DNA of 64,000 nt from Mycolicibacterium bacteremicum (GCF_943913955.1 NZ_CALUAE010000021.1:8787-72786); one strand, 5' to 3'; positions 39,453 through 50,236 are shown, numbered from the stretch's first letter. Notes: generated from the letters alone by a model not told the origin. Numbers and translations: made by a program.

Positions 39453-40942
39453 GCGGGCTCCTTATCGTTGAGTTCGCTGACGAGTTCCCGGCGCAGCACT
39501 TTGCCGGTGGCGTTGGTGGGCAGTTCGGCGCGGAACACCACCCGGTCGGGGGTGCGCGAGCCGCGCAACTGGGCGCGGACGAACTCGCGCAGGTCCTCGG
39601 GTTCGGGGTCACTGCCGGGTGCGGGCACGACGACCGCCACGATGATCTGACCCCACTGCGGGTCCTCGGCGCCGACCACCGCGCAGTCGCGCACCGCTGG
39701 ATGTTCGACCAGCACATCCTCGATTTCGGCCGGGGCGATGTTCTCCCCGCCGCGGATGATGGTGTCGTCGGAACGGCCGCCGATGAACAGGTAGCCGTCC
39801 TCGTCGAGGGTGGCGACATCCTTGGTGGGGAACCAGCCGTGCTCGTCGAGCACCGAACCGATCCCGGTGTAGCGGCCCGAGACCTGCTCACCGCGGACGA
39901 ACAGTTCACCGGTTTCGCCTGCGCCGAGGACGGTTCCGTCCTCGGCCCGGATCTGCACCTCGATGCTGGGCACCGGCTGGCCGACCGAGGCCAGCCGGCG
40001 GGCCACCGCCGGGTCGTCGGAGGCCAGCGCCACCCGATGATCGTCGGGGGTCAGCACCGCGATCGTCGAACTGGTCTCGGTCAGACCGTAGGCGTTGACG
40101 AAGCCGACCGCGGGTAGCAGCTCAAGGGCCTTGCGCACCAAGGGAAGTGCCACCTTCGACCCGCCGTAGGCCAGCGTCCGCAGGGTCGGCAGCGCGGTGC
40201 GCTGCTCCTGCAGCACGGTGACGATCCGGTCCAGCATGGTCGGCACGACGGTGGCCGAGGTGACGCCCTCGGTCTCCACCAGTCGGACCCATTCGCGGGC
40301 GTCGAACTGGGTGAGGTACACCATCTTGCGGCCCGCGTACAGGTTCGACAGCGCCGCCGACACGCCGGCGATGTGGTACGGCGGTACACAGATCAGCGCG
40401 GCGTCACCCTCGGCGGCCGCACCGAACTCGACCGTCCCGGTGATATAGCTGGTGAGGTTGTTGTGGGTCAGCTCAACGGCTTTGGGCGCCGAGGTGGTGC
40501 CCGAGGTGAACAGCACCACGCCGACGGAATCGGGGTCGGGGAACTCGGCCGCTGGTTCGGCCGTGCGTGCCTGGGCCAGGAACTCCCGGGAGCCGATCAC
40601 CCGGTAGCCGTCACCGACCGCGGCGCGATACTCGTCGTCGACCACGACGAGCGGGTCGGGCAGCCGGTCGATCAACGCCCGGAGCCCGTCGGCGGACAGC
40701 CGATAGTTCAACGGTGTCACGGCCACTCCGGCGCGGGCGGCCGAGAACAGCAGCAGCGGCAGCAGGGCGCCGCCGGTCCCGACATAGGCGACGTGGCCGG
40801 CGCCGGTGGCTGCCACCACGCCGGCGCCGCCATCGGCGAGCGTGCTCAGTTCCTCGACGGTCAGCCGCAGGTCGCCGGACACGATCGCGGTGGCGTCCGG
40901 GTTGGCCGACGACGCCATCTCCAGCAGCAGCGAGATACTCAT
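39449..40942 (-). CDS. acyl-CoA synthetase / AMP-dependent ligase (FadD-like)
   Basis: 497 aa with the AMP-binding motif FTSGTTSAPKAV, plus YGLTETS and a C-terminal GKVLRREL lysine. Confidence 0.8.
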   Translation of the reverse strand: MSISLLLEMASSANPDATAIVSGDLRLTVEELSTLADGGAGVVAATGAGHVAYVGTGGALLPLLLFSAARAGVAVTPLNYRLSADGLRALIDRLPDPLVVVDDEYRAAVGDGYRVIGSREFLAQARTAEPAAEFPDPDSVGVVLFTSGTTSAPKAVELTHNNLTSYITGTVEFGAAAEGDAALICVPPYHIAGVSAALSNLYAGRKMVYLTQFDAREWVRLVETEGVTSATVVPTMLDRIVTVLQEQRTALPTLRTLAYGGSKVALPLVRKALELLPAVGFVNAYGLTETSSTIAVLTPDDHRVALASDDPAVARRLASVGQPVPSIEVQIRAEDGTVLGAGETGELFVRGEQVSGRYTGIGSVLDEHGWFPTKDVATLDEDGYLFIGGRSDDTIIRGGENIAPAEIEDVLVEHPAVRDCAVVGAEDPQWGQIIVAVVVPAPGSDPEPEDLREFVRAQLRGSRTPDRVVFRAELPTNATGKVLRRELVSELNDKEPA

Positions 40943-41775
40943 GACTTGTCCACGAAGATATCCCAGATGGGGTCATCCCCACCGCCGTAACGGGACAGGT
41001 CGGTGATTCCCGCCTCGGCCAGGACGTCGGCGTCGATGTAGGTCTGGCCGTTGGACTGCTCGGGCGGACCGGTCAGGATCTGCACCGCGGCGTCGGCCAT
41101 GATCTCCGGACTGCGCGAGGCCGATGCCAGGTTGTCGCCGTCGGCCAGATTGGTCACCGCGGAGGTGGCGATGTAGGTCTGCGGCCACAGGCAGCTGAAG
41201 CCGATGCCCGCGTCGCGGTACTCCTGCGCCCAGCCCAGCGACAGCAGCGTCATCCCGTACTTGGACACGGTGTAGGTCGGGTGCGCACCGAGCCAGTACG
41301 GGTTGAGGTTCAGCGGCGGCGCCAGGGTGATGACGTGCGCGGCCGACGACGCGCGCAGGTGCGGCAGCGCGGCCTTGGTGAGCAGGAACGTGCCCCGCAC
41401 GTTGATGTCCATCATCAGGTCGTACTTCTTGACGGAAAGCGATTCGGTGGCTTCTGTCGCGATGGCGCTGGCGTTGTTGACCACGATGTCGATACCGCCG
41501 AAGGCCTGCACCGCGGTGTCCACGGCGCGGGCGACGTCCTCCTCCTTGCGGACGTCGCCGACGACGGCCACGGCCTTGGCGCCGACGGCCTCCACATCGG
41601 CGACCGCGGTGTGCACGGTGCCGGGCAGCTTCGGATGTGGTTCGGCGGTCTTGGCCAACAGCACCACATTGGCGCCCTGGCGGGCGGCGCCGAGGGCGAT
41701 GGCCAGCCCGATGCCGCGGCTGCCGCCGGAAACCAGCAGTGTGCGGTCGGCAAGCGGGCGTTGCTCGCTGGACAT
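40939..41775 (-). CDS. SDR-family oxidoreductase
   Basis: Start at MSSEQRPL (ATG 41775, AAGGAG Shine-Dalgarno). Contains VSGGSRGIGLAIA and YTVSKYG. Confidence 0.75.
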   Translation of the reverse strand: MSSEQRPLADRTLLVSGGSRGIGLAIALGAARQGANVVLLAKTAEPHPKLPGTVHTAVADVEAVGAKAVAVVGDVRKEEDVARAVDTAVQAFGGIDIVVNNASAIATEATESLSVKKYDLMMDINVRGTFLLTKAALPHLRASSAAHVITLAPPLNLNPYWLGAHPTYTVSKYGMTLLSLGWAQEYRDAGIGFSCLWPQTYIATSAVTNLADGDNLASASRSPEIMADAAVQILTGPPEQSNGQTYIDADVLAEAGITDLSRYGGGDDPIWDIFVDKS

Positions 41776-41812
41776 AGGGACTCCTTGGACGACGGTCGTA
41801 CCTGACCTAGAT

Positions 41813-41832
41813 GGTATTGGCATTCTCATTTT
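41813..41832. repeat. 20-nt direct repeat GGTATTGGCATTCTCATTTT, copy 1 (divergent SDR/mutase promoter region)
   Basis: Identical 20-mer at 41953-41972. Both are followed after 4 nt by AAGT. Confidence 0.7.
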
Positions 41833-41952
41833 CAGCAAGTGTCATAATCGCGCATGGCCTGCGAAGACGGCGCGGCGGGGGTCGGTCGGACTGCCTCGCG
41901 TCGGGGCCGGGCGAGCGGTTCCACGCTCTCAGGGTGCATGTTTTCCGTCTGC

Positions 41953-41972
41953 GGTATTGGCATTCTCATTTT
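41953..41972. repeat. 20-nt direct repeat GGTATTGGCATTCTCATTTT, copy 2 (21 nt upstream of mutase ATG)
   Basis: Perfect copy of 41813-41832. Contains the CATTCTC half-site shared with the palindromes at 46282 and 49212. Confidence 0.7.
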
Positions 41973-41992
41973 TTGGAAGTACGTTATCCAAC

Positions 41993-43570
<1,578 letters not shown>

Positions 43571-43571
<1 letters not shown>

Positions 43572-43978
43572 TGGCGACCCGAGTGCTGGTCGCCAAGCCC
43601 GGTCTGGACGGACACGACCGCGGCGCCAAGATCGTCGCCCGCACGTTGCGCGATGCCGGTTTCGAGGTCATCTACACCGGTATCCGGCAGCGCATCGAGG
43701 ACATCGTGTCGATCGCCCTGCAGGAAGACGTTGCCCTGGTGGGCCTTTCGATCCTGTCCGGGGCGCACGTGGCGATGACCAAGCGCACCGTCGATGCGTT
43801 GAATGCTGCCGATGCCGGTGACATCGCCGTCGTGGTGGGCGGCACCATCCCGGAATCCGACGTGCAGAAGCTGCTCGATGCCGGTGCGGCCGCGGTGTTC
43901 CCGACCGGTACCGCGCTGGACACCCTGGTGACCGAGGTGCGGGCGTTGACGGAGAAGGCAGGGGAACACGCATCATGA
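43571..43978 (+). CDS. acyl-CoA mutase small subunit, cobalamin-binding domain
   Basis: 135 aa with the DxHxxG motif (LDGHDRGAK). Its ATG overlaps the large-subunit stop (TGATG). Confidence 0.8.
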
Positions 43979-44931
43979 GACTGGGCGTGATGATCGGGGC
44001 CGAGCGCGGTGACATGTCGCGCAAGGTCACCAAGCTCGTCTCCGATATCGAGTGGGCCGACTCGGCGGGTCTGGCCACCGCGTGGATGCCGCAGGTGCCA
44101 GACGATTTCGACCTGCTGACCATGGTGGCGCTGATGGCCTCGCACAGCACCCGCATCGAACTGGGCACCGCGGTGGTGCCGCTGCAGGCGCAGCACCCCA
44201 TCGCCCTTGCCCGGCAGGCGCTTTCGGTACACGCGGTGTCCGGTGGCCGGCTGGCCCTGGGCGTCGGACCGTCGCACCACTGGATCATCCGGGACATGCT
44301 GGGGCTGCCGTATGACAAGCCGGCCGGCTACACCCGCGACTATCTGCAGGTGCTCAACGCGGCGATCGCCGGGCCGGGCCCGGTCGACGTGGAGAACGAC
44401 CACTTCACCGTGCACAACCCGACCGCCCTGGCCGCCGAGACGCCGATGCCGGTGTTGGTGGCCGCGCTCGGCCCGGTGATGCTGCAGATTGCCGGGGAGC
44501 ACGCCGACGGCACCTCGCTGTGGATGGCCGACGAGAAGGCCATCGGCGAGCACATCGCACCCAAGATCAACAAGGCCGCCGCCGAGGCGGGCAAGCCCGC
44601 ACCCCGTATCGTCGCCGGCATCCCGGTGACGCTGTGTGCGAACTCCGAGATCGAGTCGGCCAAGGAACGCGCCAACCGCATCCTGGCCGAGGCCGAGACC
44701 TCACCGAACTATCAGCGACTGCTCGACCGCGGTGACGCCCGCACGGTCGGTGATCTCTGCGCGGCCGGCGATGAGGAGTCGATCCTCAAGCGATTCAAGG
44801 CCTTTGCCGATGCCGGCGTCACCGACCTGTCGGTGCGCCTGCTGCCGATCGGGGACAACCGCGACGAGTTGATCGCGTCGAAGTACCGGACCCGCGAGGT
44901 GATCGCCGAGCTCGCCAAGGCGGTGTCGTGA
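43975..44931 (+). CDS. LLM-class (luciferase-like) F420/flavin-dependent oxidoreductase
   Basis: 318-aa TIM-barrel LLM pattern. Shares a 4-nt overlap with the mutase small subunit. Confidence 0.65.
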   Translation: MRLGVMIGAERGDMSRKVTKLVSDIEWADSAGLATAWMPQVPDDFDLLTMVALMASHSTRIELGTAVVPLQAQHPIALARQALSVHAVSGGRLALGVGPSHHWIIRDMLGLPYDKPAGYTRDYLQVLNAAIAGPGPVDVENDHFTVHNPTALAAETPMPVLVAALGPVMLQIAGEHADGTSLWMADEKAIGEHIAPKINKAAAEAGKPAPRIVAGIPVTLCANSEIESAKERANRILAEAETSPNYQRLLDRGDARTVGDLCAAGDEESILKRFKAFADAGVTDLSVRLLPIGDNRDELIASKYRTREVIAELAKAVS

Positions 44932-45968
44932 CCTCGGGTCCGCTGGCCGGCATCCGGATCATCGAGGTCGGTGTCATGCTGGCCGGTCCGTACGCCACCA
45001 TGTTGCTGGCCGATCTGGGTGCCGAGGTCATCAAGGTCGAGCCGCCCGGTGGGGAGATCTCCCGGCAGGTCAGCGACAGCTATTTCGCCAGCCTCAACCG
45101 CAACAAGCGCAGCGTGTGTCTGGATCTGCGCTCGGCCGATGGACAGGCCAGACTGGCCGAGCTGGTCGCGGATTCGCATGCGCTGCTGGTCAACATGAAA
45201 CCCTCGGCCATCAAGAAGCTGGGCCTCACCTACGAGGAGCTACGCGCACACAACCCGAAGATCGTCTGCGTCGCGCTGACCGGGTACGGGCTCGACGGCG
45301 GGGACGACCCGGCCTTCGACTATGTCATCCAGGCCGCGACGGGGGTGGCCGCGATGACCGGCGACCCGGATGCCCCGCCCACCCTGCCCGGCTACTCGGC
45401 CGCCGACAATTCCACCGGGCTGACCGCGGCACTGGGGTTGCTGGCCAAGATCGTCTCTGGCCAGGGTGGTCAGGTCGAGGTGTGCTTGCGCGATGTCATG
45501 CTCTCCCAGCTGAACTACCGGGCGGCGGCGTATCTCAACGACGGTGTGGCGCCCAAGCGTCACCCGTTCGGTGCGCACTCGTATTACGTTCCGGCGCAGC
45601 TTTTCCCGACCGCGGACGGGCACCTGGCGCTGTTCATCACCCATGACGGGTTCTGGCGGTCGTTCGCCGCCGAGGCCGGGGTGACCGGGTTCGCCACCAT
45701 GGCCGAGCGGGCGGCCGCCCGCGACGATGTGCTGGCCGTGGTGACGGCCGCGCTGGCCGGTGACACCGCGGTCAACTGGGAGCGCCGGCTCAAGCCGCTG
45801 GGCATCCCGGCCGCGGCGGTCCGCTCGTTGCCGGAGGCGTTGGAGGACACCCCGGAGGTGGTGGTGGACGCCGGCGATTTCCGGCTGGTGGCCAGCCCGA
45901 TCCGAATCGCCGGGTTCGATCCCGAGTACCGGCCCGCGCCGGTCTTCGAGGCGGTTCAGTCGTCGTAG
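44928..45968 (+). CDS. CoA-transferase family III (CaiB/BaiF-like)
   Basis: GIRIIEVGVMLAGPYATMLLADLGAEVIKVE is the canonical family III N-terminus. Confidence 0.8.
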   Translation: MTSGPLAGIRIIEVGVMLAGPYATMLLADLGAEVIKVEPPGGEISRQVSDSYFASLNRNKRSVCLDLRSADGQARLAELVADSHALLVNMKPSAIKKLGLTYEELRAHNPKIVCVALTGYGLDGGDDPAFDYVIQAATGVAAMTGDPDAPPTLPGYSAADNSTGLTAALGLLAKIVSGQGGQVEVCLRDVMLSQLNYRAAAYLNDGVAPKRHPFGAHSYYVPAQLFPTADGHLALFITHDGFWRSFAAEAGVTGFATMAERAAARDDVLAVVTAALAGDTAVNWERRLKPLGIPAAAVRSLPEALEDTPEVVVDAGDFRLVASPIRIAGFDPEYRPAPVFEAVQSS

Positions 45969-46252
45969 TTCACCGTCAGCGGGCCCGGATCGGGAATCGC
46001 CTGGCAGGTCAGCACGTAACCCTCGTCGACCTCGTCCTCGTCGAGCGCGTCGTTGACGCGCATGGTCGCCGAACCCTCGGTCAACTTGGCGATGCAGGTG
46101 CCGCAGTTGCCGGCCTCGCAGGCGAACGGGGGCGTCAACCCCGCACGGCGCGCGGTCTCCAGCAGAGTGTCGCCCGCCGCCGGCACTATCGTGGTGGCGG
46201 CGCCGTCGAGCACGATCGTCACTTCGTCGGCAGGCACGGGTTCAGCCGTCAT
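45956..46252 (-). CDS. [2Fe-2S] ferredoxin
   Basis: 98 aa with the CEAGNCGTC ... LTC cysteine pattern of plant/adrenodoxin-type 2Fe-2S ferredoxins, preceded by an AGGAGA Shine-Dalgarno. The track ORF 45956..47011 is a spurious extension. Confidence 0.75.
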   Translation of the reverse strand: MTAEPVPADEVTIVLDGAATTIVPAAGDTLLETARRAGLTPPFACEAGNCGTCIAKLTEGSATMRVNDALDEDEVDEGYVLTCQAIPDPGPLTVNYDD

Positions 46253-46281
46253 CGAGATCTCCTGGGCGTGTGATTCTGACA

Positions 46282-46304
46282 AACGGAGAATATCATTCTC
46301 CGTT
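46282..46304. promoter_or_regulatory. perfect 10-3-10 palindrome AACGGAGAAT-ATC-ATTCTCCGTT in the ferredoxin/acyl-CoA ligase divergent promoter
   Basis: The inverted repeat lies in a locally AT-rich 70-bp gap between divergent starts 46252 and 46322. Its core GAGAAT-N3-ATTCTC recurs at 49212-49228. Confidence 0.65.
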
Positions 46305-46321
46305 ACGGATAAGATAGTCGG

Positions 46322-47689
46322 TTGATGGCATCGACGACTGGATCGGTCCTCGCCTATGAGGGGCGGGAGTACACGCTGGCCGAGCTCGACGCGTTGGCCG
46401 AGGGAATGGCCGGCACGCTGGCGAAGCGCGGGGTGGGCGCCGGTGATCGGGTGGCGCTGATGTCCTCGAACCGGCCCGAGTTCGTCATCGCACTGCGCGC
46501 GGTCTGGCGACTCGGTGCCGCGGTCGTCCTGATCAGCTCGGCGTGGAAGCGCGCCGAGGTCGCCCACGCGCTGGCGCTGACGACCCCGGTCCTCGGTGTC
46601 GGCGACGTCGCGCTGCTCGGCGAGCTGCTTCCGATGGTGCACCTCGATGAGCCCATCATCGCCGGCTCCGGTGAGCGGCCGCCGGTCCCCGCCGATGCCG
46701 ACGCGCTGTTCGTCTTCAGTTCGGGCACCACCGGGATGCCCAAGGCGGTACGCCACACCCACGCGGCATTCGCTGCGGCGGTGCGGCATTGGCGCGCCGC
46801 ACTGGGGCTGGGCGCCGCCGACCGCATGCAGATCATGACGCCGCCCTCGCACATCCTCGGGCTGCTGAACATCGCCACGGTGCTCGATGCCGGCGCGTGG
46901 ATGCGGTTGCATCGACGGTTCGACATCGACCGCATGCTCGCCCACATCCAGGACGATCGCATCACCATCGAGATGGCCGTCGCCCCCATCGCCCTGGCCA
47001 TCGCCGCACACCCGGACCTGGAACGCTACGACCTGTCCTCGCTGCGCTACATCATGTGGTGCGCCACACCGGTCACCCGGAGTGTGGCCGATGCGGTCAC
47101 CGAGCGCATCGGCGTGCGATGGGTGTCCGCCTACGGGGCCAGTGAATTGCCGGTGATCGCCTGCTGCCCGATCGATGACGCCCGGCTCGACACCGTCGGC
47201 AAGCCCGTACCCGGCGTAGAGGTGCGCATCGGGGACCGCGGCGAGATCCAGGTGCGGTCCGAGTCGGTGATGGCGGGTTACCTACCCGCCGCCGACACCG
47301 CCGCCGCCTTCGACGAGGGCTGGTACCGCACCGGGGACATCGGCGAACTCGACGAGCAGGGTTGGCTGCGCATCACCGATCGGCTCAAGGAGATGATCAA
47401 GGTCCGCGGGTTCCAGGTGGCGCCCGCCGAGGTGGAGGCGGTGTTGCACGGGCATCCGGCGGTCGCCGACTGCGCGGTGTACGGAGTGCCCGACGAGGCC
47501 GACGGGGAGCGGGTGATCGCCGCTGTCGCCGCCGCCGGCGCGGTCACCGGGCAGGAGCTGATCGACTGGGTGGCGCAACACCTTTCGTCCTACAAGCGGC
47601 CGCGGCGGGTACTGTTCGTCGACGCCATCCCGCGACTGCCGTCGGGCAAGGTGCTGCGCCGGGTGCTGCGCGACGGCCTCACCGGATGA
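46322..47689 (+). CDS. acyl-CoA synthetase / AMP-dependent ligase
   Basis: 455 aa with FSSGTTGMPKAV, YGASE and a C-terminal GKVLRRVL. Confidence 0.8.
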   Translation: MMASTTGSVLAYEGREYTLAELDALAEGMAGTLAKRGVGAGDRVALMSSNRPEFVIALRAVWRLGAAVVLISSAWKRAEVAHALALTTPVLGVGDVALLGELLPMVHLDEPIIAGSGERPPVPADADALFVFSSGTTGMPKAVRHTHAAFAAAVRHWRAALGLGAADRMQIMTPPSHILGLLNIATVLDAGAWMRLHRRFDIDRMLAHIQDDRITIEMAVAPIALAIAAHPDLERYDLSSLRYIMWCATPVTRSVADAVTERIGVRWVSAYGASELPVIACCPIDDARLDTVGKPVPGVEVRIGDRGEIQVRSESVMAGYLPAADTAAAFDEGWYRTGDIGELDEQGWLRITDRLKEMIKVRGFQVAPAEVEAVLHGHPAVADCAVYGVPDEADGERVIAAVAAAGAVTGQELIDWVAQHLSSYKRPRRVLFVDAIPRLPSGKVLRRVLRDGLTG

Positions 47690-48413
47690 GTTCCTCGGAC
47701 CGCTGCACGGTCGCGGTGATGCCGGATGCGTCCTGGCCGGCCAGCAGCACGGCCGCCCGACCCATGGCCTCGGGTGGTTCGACCATCTCGGGTGGGACCT
47801 CGATACCGGCCCCTCCGGCCTGCCAGCCCTCGGTCAGCACCACCCGCGACGGGCTCAGGCAGTTGACCGCGATGTTGTCTGCCCGCAGGTCGTCGGCCAG
47901 GCCGAGGTAGAGCCGCTCGGCGGCGGCCTTGGACACCCAGTAGGCGTTGGCGCCGGGCATCCCGACACCGGTGGTGGTGATGGCGATCAGCGATCCCGCA
48001 CCACGCGCCCGGACATGCGGGATCACGGCCTTGGTGACCAGGAAGACACCGGTCAGGTTGACGTCCAGGCACCGCTGCCAACGTCTGAGCGGGGTGGACT
48101 CGATGGGTCCGAGCCACAGCACGCCCGCATTGGCCACAAGGATGTCGATCCCGCCGAATTCCGAGACCGTCGCTGCGACAGCGGTTTCGACCGAGTTCTC
48201 GTCGGTGACATCGCACGGCACGGCCAGCGCCCGGCCACCGGCCGCGGTGATGGCATCGGCCACCGAGCCGATGGTGCCGGGCAGTCGGCCCTGCTCCTCG
48301 GACCGGGCGGCGACGGCCACCGATGCCCCGGCGGCCGCGAGCGCTCGGGCGATGGTGGCGCCGATGCCGCGGCTGGCGCCGGCGACGAAGGCCGTCCTGC
48401 CCGCGAGGGTCAC
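47679..48413 (-). CDS. SDR-family oxidoreductase
   Basis: VAGASRGIGATIA and YWVSKAA. Confidence 0.8.
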   Translation of the reverse strand: MTLAGRTAFVAGASRGIGATIARALAAAGASVAVAARSEEQGRLPGTIGSVADAITAAGGRALAVPCDVTDENSVETAVAATVSEFGGIDILVANAGVLWLGPIESTPLRRWQRCLDVNLTGVFLVTKAVIPHVRARGAGSLIAITTTGVGMPGANAYWVSKAAAERLYLGLADDLRADNIAVNCLSPSRVVLTEGWQAGGAGIEVPPEMVEPPEAMGRAAVLLAGQDASGITATVQRSEELIR

Positions 48414-49174
48414 TTCGGCGGGAAGCGCAGCGCCCCGTCGAGGCGGATGATCTCGCCGTTCAGGTAGTCGTTCTCGATGATGCTCTGTGCCAGCTGTGCA
48501 TACTCGGTGCTGCGCCCCATCCGCTTCGGGAATGGGATCTGCGGGGCCCAGTACTGCTCGAGCTGATCGGCCGCCTTGCCGTAGGCGGGGGTGTTGATGG
48601 TGCCCGGGGCGATGGTGTTGACGCGAATGCCCAACGGGGACAGGTCCCGAGCGGCCACCAGGGTCATGCCGAGCACCCCGCCCTTTGCCGCGGCGTAGGG
48701 CAGCTGGCCGACCTGACCCTCATAGCCGGCGATCGACGCGGTGTTGACGATGACCCCGCGCCCGCCCTCCTCCAGCGGCTCGGTGCGGGCGATCGCCGCG
48801 GCGGCCAGCCGCAGCACGTTGAACACCGCGGTCAGATAGAACTTGACCGTGGTCTCGAACCCGTCGAGGCCGAGCGGGGATCCGTCCTTGCCGATCAACC
48901 GGCCGCCCGCGGCCGGACCGCCGTGGGTGTCCACCGAGATGCGCAGCGGCGCCAGCGCTTCGGCCTCGGCGATGGCGGCGTTGACCGACTCCTCGGAGGT
49001 GGCGTCGGTGCGAACGTAGGTCACCCCGAGCTCGTCGGCGAGCTTGGGGCCCTTCTCATCGGCCAGGTCGGCGACCACGACCTTGGCACCGGCGGCGTGC
49101 AGCCGTCGCACCGTCGCTTCTCCGAGCCCTCCCGCGCCGCCGACGACCAGCGCCGAGCTACCGGCGATATCCAT
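48410..49174 (-). CDS. SDR-family oxidoreductase (3-hydroxyacyl-CoA dehydrogenase type II-like)
   Basis: Start at MDIAGSSALVVGGAGGLG (49174). YAAAKGGV catalytic motif. Confidence 0.75.
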   Translation of the reverse strand: MDIAGSSALVVGGAGGLGEATVRRLHAAGAKVVVADLADEKGPKLADELGVTYVRTDATSEESVNAAIAEAEALAPLRISVDTHGGPAAGGRLIGKDGSPLGLDGFETTVKFYLTAVFNVLRLAAAAIARTEPLEEGGRGVIVNTASIAGYEGQVGQLPYAAAKGGVLGMTLVAARDLSPLGIRVNTIAPGTINTPAYGKAADQLEQYWAPQIPFPKRMGRSTEYAQLAQSIIENDYLNGEIIRLDGALRFPPK

Positions 49175-49211
49175 GTCTGCACCCCTTCTTGCAACTAGCA
49201 CTCTCTGCGGG

Positions 49212-49228
49212 GGAGAATAGCATTCTCA
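49212..49228. promoter_or_regulatory. palindrome GGAGAAT-AGC-ATTCTCA in the SDR/MeaB divergent promoter
   Basis: Same GAGAAT-N3-ATTCTC core as 46282-46304. Confidence 0.6.
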
Positions 49229-49281
49229 ACTACATCGAAGGGGCGGTGAAGGTGAACCACAGCGCCCTAGAGTCGCACGCA

Positions 49282-50160
49282 ATGACGATCACCGAACTTT
49301 TGGCGGCGGCCCGTGGCGGCTCGCTGCGCGCCGTCGGCAAGCTGCTCAGCCTGGTCGAAAGTGACCGCCGCGCCGAGGTGTTGGCCGAGTTGCCCGCCGG
49401 TCGGGTTCGCACCATCGGCATCACCGGCCCGCCCGGGGCCGGGAAATCCACCACGGTCGCGGTGCTGGTCGCGGCGTACCGCACGAGCGGATTGCGGGTT
49501 GCGGTGCTGGCCGTCGACCCGTCCTCGCCATACAGCGGGGGAGCTTTGCTCGGGGACCGGATCCGGATGGCCGCGCACATCAACGATCCGGATGTCCTGA
49601 TCCGATCGGTGGCCACCCGCGGGCATCTCGGCGGGCTGGCGGCGGCGGTGCCCGCGTCGATCACCCTGTTGGGGGCGCTGGGCTACGACCTGGTGGTGCT
49701 GGAGACCGTCGGTGTCGGGCAGTCCGAGATCGAGATCGCCGCGGTGGCGGATCCGACCGTGGTGATCCTGAACCCCGGTGCCGGCGACGCGATCCAGGCC
49801 GCCAAGGCGGGCCTGCTGGAGATCGCCGACATCATCGTCGTCAACAAGGCCGACCGCGACGGTGCCGAACAGACCGCCCGTGAGCTGCACATCGAGACCG
49901 GCCTGCCGATCCTCAAGATCAGCGCGACCCAGAACACCGGCATCGGTGAACTCGCGGCCGCCGTGGACGCCCACCACCGCGCCGATACCGCCGAGCGTCG
50001 TGGGGCCCGGGCCCGGCTGCAGATTCTGTCGCTGGCGCAGACCGCGCTGCGGACCCATCCCGGGCTCGACGAGCTGGCGGCCGCCGTGGCCGACGAGCAG
50101 CTCGACGTCTATGCCGCGACGGCCCGATTACTCGACGGTGCGCAGGTCAAACCCGAATGA
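49282..50160 (+). CDS. MeaB/ArgK-like G-protein chaperone for B12-dependent mutase
   Basis: P-loop GITGPPGAGKST, with VVNKAD (NKxD) and switch regions. The start is uncertain (ATG 49282 or GTG 49247); the track TTG at 49189 would read through the operator palindrome. Confidence 0.8.
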   Translation: MTITELLAAARGGSLRAVGKLLSLVESDRRAEVLAELPAGRVRTIGITGPPGAGKSTTVAVLVAAYRTSGLRVAVLAVDPSSPYSGGALLGDRIRMAAHINDPDVLIRSVATRGHLGGLAAAVPASITLLGALGYDLVVLETVGVGQSEIEIAAVADPTVVILNPGAGDAIQAAKAGLLEIADIIVVNKADRDGAEQTARELHIETGLPILKISATQNTGIGELAAAVDAHHRADTAERRGARARLQILSLAQTALRTHPGLDELAAAVADEQLDVYAATARLLDGAQVKPE

Positions 50161-50175
50161 GAATGTGGTTTCCAG

Positions 50176-50224
50176 TTCGTAGAAATGCTACTGTACGAAT
50201 TCGTTAATGAATTCTTCTTCGTAG
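50176..50224. promoter_or_regulatory. AT-rich operator-like region with TTCGTAG direct repeats and two GAATTC hexamers upstream of the DUF35 operon
   Basis: TTCGTAGaaatgctactgTACGAATTCgttaatGAATTCttcTTCGTAG: the outer TACGAA...TTCGTA arms are inverted, and TTCGTAG is repeated 42 bp apart. Confidence 0.4.
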
Positions 50225-50236
50225 TCGAGGAGCCTG

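Noticed and set aside
41813-41832. Sigma-54 (-24/-12) promoter reading of TGGCATTCTCATTTT
   Set aside because: GG and GC are not at the 10-nt spacing required, and mycobacteria lack RpoN.
41811-41992. ATG at 41811 giving a 60-aa N-terminal extension of the mutase (track ORF 41811..43571), and a 47-codon uORF 41854..41997
   Set aside because: The extension would begin inside the 20-nt direct repeat and is not homologous to any mutase N-terminus. Known IcmA/HcmA proteins start near the MSDDVLTPSG-equivalent. The uORF has no Shine-Dalgarno and a GC-artifact-like composition, so it is kept only as a note.
41839-41992. Possible cobalamin riboswitch in the 150-nt mutase leader
   Set aside because: No B12-box (GCCACTG-like) or the conserved cobalamin-riboswitch core was seen. 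B12 riboswitches regulate B12 supply genes, not B12-dependent mutases.
49189-49281. TTG start at 49189 for the MeaB-like gene (323-aa track ORF)
   Set aside because: It would translate through the GAGAAT-AGC-ATTCTC operator palindrome. Downstream ATG 49282 or GTG 49247 give an N-terminus collinear with MeaB homologs.
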